From a virus (lineage: Duplodnaviria > Heunggongvirae > Uroviricota > Caudoviricetes), in IMG/VR virus record IMGVR_UViG_2526164619_000008, positions 1 through 12,640 of that record: a stretch of 12,640 bases of DNA. One strand, 5' to 3'. Below the pieces are notes generated by a model. The model was given only the letters and a program-made list of their open reading frames with translations. It ran no database searches and was not told where the DNA came from. The position numbers and the translations under genes were made by a program. Position 1 is the stretch's first letter; each line of letters starts with the position of its first letter. This document shows, piece after piece, positions 7,875 to 12,640 of this stretch.

Positions 7875-8249
7875 ATGAAAGACATCGATACTGAAACCCG
7901 GAATAACACCGTGGCGGATAATGTGACGGCAGTTGAGGATATGGCTGTCGAACGTGGCGTAAAACTGACCCGACCAATTGAGCGTGGTGGCGAAAAAATC
8001 ACGTATGTGGAGATCACCGGGGCTATTGAGCAGGCTGGATCCCTGCGTGGTCTGTCGCTGTCTGATGCGCTGAATCTGAAAGCGGATACCATGTTCACGC
8101 TGTTGCCTCGCGTGACCTCGCCACGACTGGATGAAGTGATGATTAAAAAAATGTCGTCACGCGATTTTATTCAGTTGTGCGCTGTGGCTGTAAATTTTAT
8201 GAGCGAGCCAGACTCTGGCGCGAAGAGCGTGCAGGAGACGGCAGCGTAA
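7875..8249 (+). CDS. E: Tail assembly chaperone E-like protein (124 aa)
   Basis: Called by synteny (directly after FII), AAAGGAG RBS 7 nt upstream of the ATG, and an overlapping -1 frame ORF as in the P2 E/E' pair. Not confirmed by sequence identity. Confidence 0.65.
   Translation: MKDIDTETRNNTVADNVTAVEDMAVERGVKLTRPIERGGEKITYVEITGAIEQAGSLRGLSLSDALNLKADTMFTLLPRVTSPRLDEVMIKKMSSRDFIQLCAVAVNFMSEPDSGAKSVQETAA
8192..8198 (+). other. Candidate -1 programmed frameshift heptamer A_AAT_TTT joining E to E'
   Basis: Zero-frame codons AAT TTT preceded by A give an X_XXY_YYZ heptamer inside the 8177..8249 overlap of the E frame and the -1 frame. Confidence 0.4.
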
Positions 8250-8389
8250 TCACCCTGGTGTGCTTTGAGCACATCGAAGATCTGGTGGCGGATATTGCCG
8301 CCATTTTTAACTGGTCGCCCGCCGAAATCTTCATGATGACGCCCGGCGAAGTGGTTAGCTGGCGTGAGCGGGCGGCACTTCGTAGCGGG
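8198..8389 (+). pseudogene. E' extension reading frame (-1 relative to E), 3' end cut by IS1
   Basis: The -1 frame stays open from 8177 and runs into IS1 with no native stop (...EVVSWRERAALRSGG then IS1-encoded NAANLLI*). Confidence 0.55.
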
Positions 8390-8444
8390 GGTAATGCTGC
8401 CAACTTACTGATTTAGTGTATGATGGTGATTTTAAGGTGCTTGC

Positions 8445-8720
8445 GTGGCTTCCATTTCCATCAGATGTCCTTCCTGCACCGCTACTGAAGGCGTGGTGCG
8501 TAACGGCAAAAGCACTGCCGGACATCAGCGCTATCTCTGCTCTCATTGCCGTAAAACATGGCAACTACAGTTCACTTACACCGCCTCTCAGCCCGGTACG
8601 CACCAGAAAATCATTGATATGGCCATGAATGGCGTCGGATGTCGCGCCAGTGCACGCATTATGGGCGTTGGCCTCAACACGGTTTTACGTCACTTAAAAA
8701 ACTCAGGCCGCAGTCGGTAA
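8445..8720 (+). CDS. insA: IS1 InsA (91 aa; GTG start in this copy)
   Basis: Same protein as 719..994 with one substitution (S12T); start codon GTG here versus ATG in the first copy. Confidence 0.95.
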   Translation: MASISIRCPSCTATEGVVRNGKSTAGHQRYLCSHCRKTWQLQFTYTASQPGTHQKIIDMAMNGVGCRASARIMGVGLNTVLRHLKNSGRSR

Positions 8721-9142
8721 CCTCGCGCATACAACCGGGCAGTGATGTGATTGTCTGCGCTGAAATGGACGAACAGTGGGGCTACGTCGGTGCTAAATCA
8801 CATCAGCGCTGGCTGTTTTACGCGTATGACAGGATACGGAGGACGGTTGTGGCGCACGTCTTCGGTGAACGCACTCTGGCCACACTGGAGCGTCTTCTGA
8901 GCCTGCTGTCGGCCTTTGAGGTCGTGGTATGGATGACGGATGGCTGGCCGCTGTATGAATCACGCCTGAAGGGAAAGCTGCACGTTATCAGCAAGCGTTA
9001 CACTCAGCGCATTGAGCGACATAATCTGAATCTGAGACAACATCTGGCAAGGCTGGGACGGAAGTCACTGTCGTTCTCAAAATCGGTGGAGCTGCATGAC
9101 AAGGTCATCGGGCATTATCTGAACATAAAACACTATCAGTAA
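8639..9142 (+). CDS. insB: IS1 InsB reading frame (InsAB' via -1 frameshift at A6C 8696..8702)
   Basis: Same as 913..1416 with one substitution (R55H). Confidence 0.9.
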   Translation: MSRQCTHYGRWPQHGFTSLKKLRPQSVTSRIQPGSDVIVCAEMDEQWGYVGAKSHQRWLFYAYDRIRRTVVAHVFGERTLATLERLLSLLSAFEVVVWMTDGWPLYESRLKGKLHVISKRYTQRIERHNLNLRQHLARLGRKSLSFSKSVELHDKVIGHYLNIKHYQ

Positions 9143-9157
9143 GTTGGAGTCATTACC

Positions 9158-10353
9158 GAGTCGCGCATGGTGGCCCCGTTCCATTTGGGGTTCGGATGAC
9201 CGTTCTCCGTTGTTGCGTGGTATTTTGACGGGCAGTTGACAGTCAGAAACACCGCTTTGTCACCACGGGCTTCGGCCAGAGGTTCCAGCCCCTTCATGGT
9301 GGCCATCATTTCTGCCTTACGGTGAACCGGGTTACTTACTCCCGCGTAATACACTGTCTCGAGATCAATCGTGAACCCGTCTTCATTTTCCAGCATGAAA
9401 CTTTTCAGGAAATCGCGTGTTTTCTCGCGCTGTGCGCGAAACTCGCTTAACGCGTCCTGGCTCAGATAGGGCGATGTTTTTCTGAAAACCAGACAGGCGG
9501 CGCGGAGTTGTTCTTCTCTCCACTCGCAACGTAACAGCCACAGTTTGCGTTTCCACCATTCTGCACAGGTCAGGCGAAGGATTGCGCCCGGCAGCAGCTC
9601 CGTGTCCGGTTCGTTCCTCCGGTCTTTGTCTGTTGTCAGTGCGTCATAATGTGGAGGCATGGCGTGCAGGTGTAACGCCATGCGGGCCAGCATCTGATAC
9701 GCCTTCAGCGTTACATCCATGGTCAGTTCGCCATCGGTCGCGCCAAAGCCATCGCAGAGTTTTTCGAAGGTGCTGCTGAACATCGCTGCCGTCATGGTGG
9801 CCAGTGTCTGTATCTGGTGTTTGTTGAGCTGCGGCAGGTAAAGCAAATCGTCCAGGCGTTCGCGTCCGGCAAGGGAGCGATAACCCTGTGTCAGCCAGCG
9901 GTGATCGGTGCGCTCCAGACGTTCGAATATTTTGCGCAGGTTTCCGCGCGCGTAGCGTTCAGCCTGCCAGCTCTTTTTGCCTTTCTGACGATCGGCTTCC
10001 TGTTTTTTGCGCAGGAAGGAGAGGTGGCGAATAAGCGGATCGCGCAGATAGGACGGCAGCAGGCGCAGCGAGGCCATGGCTTCATCCACCGCGCCGCGTG
10101 CCTGTTTTCTGGCATCTCCTGCCAGTGTGATGGTTTTGTCCTGTTTTTCCTGTGCGTCCAGGCTTTTATTAATCAGGTTGCCCAGCGGCGTTGCGGAGAA
10201 CGCCGCATCAGCCATTTCCTGGCGGCGCTCGTTCTCTACCCGGTAGGCATCCAGCCAGGAGGAAAGCGCGGATTCAGGAGCGGGGATCCCCGTTCCTTCA
10301 CGCCCCACTGCGTGGCGCGGTTGTTGCCAGTCCCTGATGTACTCTGCCGTCAT
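9158..10353 (-). pseudogene. A: P2-type replication initiation protein A, N-terminal ~398 codons only; 3' part replaced by IS1
   Basis: Translation has HAVGREGTG and FLTVNCPSKYHATT blocks resembling recalled P2/186 A-protein motifs; the ORF runs from ATG 10353 into the IS1 right end, whose sequence supplies the last 7 codons and stop. P2 A is ~761 aa, so the catalytic C-terminal half is missing. Confidence 0.7.
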
Positions 10354-10359
10354 AGTGAT

Positions 10360-10725
10360 TTACTTCGTCATGCCATTCAGGGTGTCGCGGCAGACTGTAG
10401 CCAGCCGCTGAATTTCCAGCACGGTGTCTTCTGTGTCGGCATGGCGATGTGTGATGCGGATGCTGTCGGCAATCACATCGACGATTGCAGAGGATGGGCG
10501 CTGGTAAATGCCAATAACGGACGGGGTGCCACCTTCAATGCGGTAAAGCCTGTAATTTCCCTCGTGGCTGTCAATCATGTAGCGACCATCAATAACAATC
10601 TTTCCGTCAGCGAGCTGCGGTACAGGCAGGGATTTCAGGTACATGTCATAACGATCACGTACGCGAGCGGCAAGATCACGTTCTGTGTTGAGCAGGTATT
10701 CAAGAAAGTCGTTGGCGAGAATCAT
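10360..10725 (-). CDS. Hypothetical protein (121 aa), early-operon gene directly upstream of A
   Basis: ORF with AGAGGA RBS 8 nt upstream of the ATG; stop 6 nt before the A start; not recognised. Confidence 0.6.
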   Translation of the reverse strand: MILANDFLEYLLNTERDLAARVRDRYDMYLKSLPVPQLADGKIVIDGRYMIDSHEGNYRLYRIEGGTPSVIGIYQRPSSAIVDVIADSIRITHRHADTEDTVLEIQRLATVCRDTLNGMTK

Positions 10726-10866
10726 TGCGGCAATCCTCTTGTTACAGATGTGCGAAGGCCTCCCGCCGCAAGGTGCAGGAAAGGCCCGGAATAGGAATTA
10801 ATGGAGTTTGTTTTGCTGCCGGATGAGCAGCTGAAGCCCGACGTGGTTTCCGGCAGTTGGAGGTGC

Positions 10867-11112
10867 TCATGCTCTGATTTCCCTCAGTAGCTGGTTGAAC
10901 ATCTGGGTTAGTGGGTTGCTACACCCAAACGGCATCGGGTTTACCTGATAAGAAAAGCGCCCGCCTGTTTTGCGCTCTTTTCTTATGACTGAACCGCTGC
11001 GCCAGAGACGGCGTAGCTCCGCATTAATGGTTGTGGTTGGTGTATTCAGTACTGCGGCGATTTCTCCACCGCTACAACCCGGATTGGCAGCGATGTAGTC
11101 CAGAATGATCAT
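10867..11112 (-). CDS. Hypothetical small protein (81 aa), possibly a winged-helix DNA-binding protein
   Basis: AGGAG RBS 8 nt upstream; ATGA start/stop overlap with the upstream ORF suggests translational coupling. Confidence 0.55.
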   Translation of the reverse strand: MIILDYIAANPGCSGGEIAAVLNTPTTTINAELRRLWRSGSVIRKERKTGGRFSYQVNPMPFGCSNPLTQMFNQLLREIRA

Positions 11113-11312
11113 CTGCGTGACTCCTGTACCTGTCTGATAAGATTTACCTGCACCACGTTGGTGGCGCAGAAGTAAGTGCCGTCAGTGAGATAGATGTGAT
11201 GTGCATCCTTTTCTGAACGGTGTTTGTCGATTGTGGTAATCAGGCGTTCGTCAACTTCGTATTCACGTCCTCTGGAGGTGAAACGAACGACAGGAAAATG
11301 CTTAATTGCCAT
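11109..11312 (-). CDS. Hypothetical small protein (67 aa from the ATG at 11312)
   Basis: Strong AAGGAGG RBS 5 nt upstream of the internal ATG (MAIKHFPVVRF...); the ORF track begins earlier at a GTG (11363) with no RBS. Confidence 0.55.
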   Translation of the reverse strand: MAIKHFPVVRFTSRGREYEVDERLITTIDKHRSEKDAHHIYLTDGTYFCATNVVQVNLIRQVQESRR

Positions 11313-11398
11313 TACGCCTCCTTGGCGTGTGCGAATACCTCCGCGAATGCGGATTGTTTTCACATTTTCTTATTTAACCTGGGGTCTTATTTGCGCGG

Positions 11399-11512
11399 TT
11401 ATTCTTCAGTGAAAAAGCGTTCAATCTTTTTTACTGAATTAATAATTCGCATAATCCCAATGGCGCAGACCACCGAAATAATCAGAACAAGCCATGAGAT
11501 AAATATACTCAT
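11399..11512 (-). CDS. Small hydrophobic peptide (37 aa), single predicted transmembrane helix
   Basis: Translation MSIFISWLVLIISVVCAIGIMRIINSVKKIERFFTEE; its ATG overlaps the TGA of the upstream ORF (ATGA). Absent from the ORF track because it is under 60 aa. Confidence 0.4.
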   Translation of the reverse strand: MSIFISWLVLIISVVCAIGIMRIINSVKKIERFFTEE

Positions 11513-11751
11513 GCGATATTTCCCAGCTTATACGGTTCAATATGTTCCCCGCATTCTGCGGCACAGATCAGCTCGGAAAGTTCGTTAAGTGCATCCAGAT
11601 CATCAGCGTAAAAAGCCACGTCATACAGACTTCGGATTGCTCTGGTCAATGAGTCACGGGCCGCACGTTCAGCATGAGCGCCTGATGCACTTAAGCGAAA
11701 ATAAAAACGCTCAAGTGCTTTGTTAATGAGAGTTTTATATTCTTTGCCCAT
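11509..11751 (-). CDS. Hypothetical protein (80 aa)
   Basis: ORF in the same minus-strand operon; weak RBS; not recognised. Confidence 0.5.
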   Translation of the reverse strand: MGKEYKTLINKALERFYFRLSASGAHAERAARDSLTRAIRSLYDVAFYADDLDALNELSELICAAECGEHIEPYKLGNIA

Positions 11752-11762
11752 AACAACGCCCT

Positions 11763-12050
11763 TTAATCTGCTTTCTGTATTTCAGCTTCTGAATCCATAC
11801 AAATAATTTCGATATAGGGTTCATCGCCATTAACCTGGCGTGCCTTTTCAGCTTCGCTAATGATTTCTCGTACGGTCTGGTACGGAAGTTCCACAAGCAG
11901 TCGCGTGCCGTTCAGATAAACGTAAGTGGCTTCGTCGGCTCCGTTTTTACCCGCCGGAGTCACTCCGTCAATAGCGGATGCACGTAATAACAGTTCACCG
12001 CGAAAATCAATAAAACGGATAAATACACCTTGTGCATGGTCTTTGGTCAT
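11763..12050 (-). CDS. Hypothetical protein (95 aa from the ATG at 12050)
   Basis: AGGTG RBS 4 nt upstream of the internal ATG (MTKDHAQGVFIRF...); the longer track ORF would overlap the upstream gene. Confidence 0.5.
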   Translation of the reverse strand: MTKDHAQGVFIRFIDFRGELLLRASAIDGVTPAGKNGADEATYVYLNGTRLLVELPYQTVREIISEAEKARQVNGDEPYIEIICMDSEAEIQKAD

Positions 12051-12060
12051 AAAGCACCTG

Positions 12061-12266
12061 TTATAAATCAGTCTGTTTAATAAAACTTTGCCCGCGAAGC
12101 AGACGATCAACCGTGCGAAGTGCTTCGTATAATGTGAAATCCTGCCCGAACTGATTGTCGCCACAGCTCAATGCAAAAATGCGGTTTCCGGTAAACGGAT
12201 TGCGTGGGCATTTGTGGATCACGATTCCAGCTTTCTCAATCAGCCAGGTGTGCTCGCCGATTTGTT
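12061..12266 (-). pseudogene. 5'-truncated gene fragment (C-terminal ~68 codons) cut by IS911
   Basis: The minus-strand ORF 12061..12339 takes its first ~24 codons from IS911 left-end sequence; native coding starts at the IS911 boundary (12266) with no internal Met. Confidence 0.45.

Positions 12267-12640
<374 letters not shown>

Larger units (their letters stand above)
8390..9157 (+). mobile_element. IS1: IS1 insertion sequence, second complete copy, no target-site duplication
   Basis: Near-identical to 664..1431 (about 4 substitutions seen); flanks are CGTAGCGGG (left) and GAGTCGCGC (right), which do not match. Confidence 0.95.

Noticed and set aside
7670-8098. Minus-strand ORFs (142 aa and 73 aa) across the FII/E region
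   Set aside because: Antisense to supported tail genes; no features.
9817-10794. 325-aa plus-strand ORF
   Set aside because: Lies antisense across the A gene and the adjacent 121-aa ORF, has no recognisable sequence features or RBS, and is the kind of long antisense frame expected opposite a real gene in GC-moderate DNA.

Overview
This window reads as an IS-scrambled remnant of a P2-like (Peduovirus-type) prophage from an enterobacterium; the IS1 and IS911 content suggests E. coli or Shigella. Left to right: a Hok/Gef-like small toxin ORF (-), an Ogr/Delta-family zinc-finger activator (-), a complete IS1 with a perfect 9-bp target duplication, a visibly AT-rich ~3.4-kb cargo segment carrying one 943-aa membrane-anchored orphan ORF (-), a frameshifted tail gene D (-), tail sheath FI, tail tube FII and E/E' (+), a second IS1 with no target duplication, the 5' ~400 codons of replication gene A (-), a run of small early-operon ORFs (-), and a gene fragment cut by the left end of IS911 (+). 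The phage is clearly defective (D frameshifted, T and U absent, A truncated), yet the low-GC cargo ORF is intact. That ORF is the main candidate for an undescribed function, possibly a single-gene anti-phage or abortive-infection protein, but this rests on context only. All identifications are from reading translations and recalled family sequences; no searches or computations were run.
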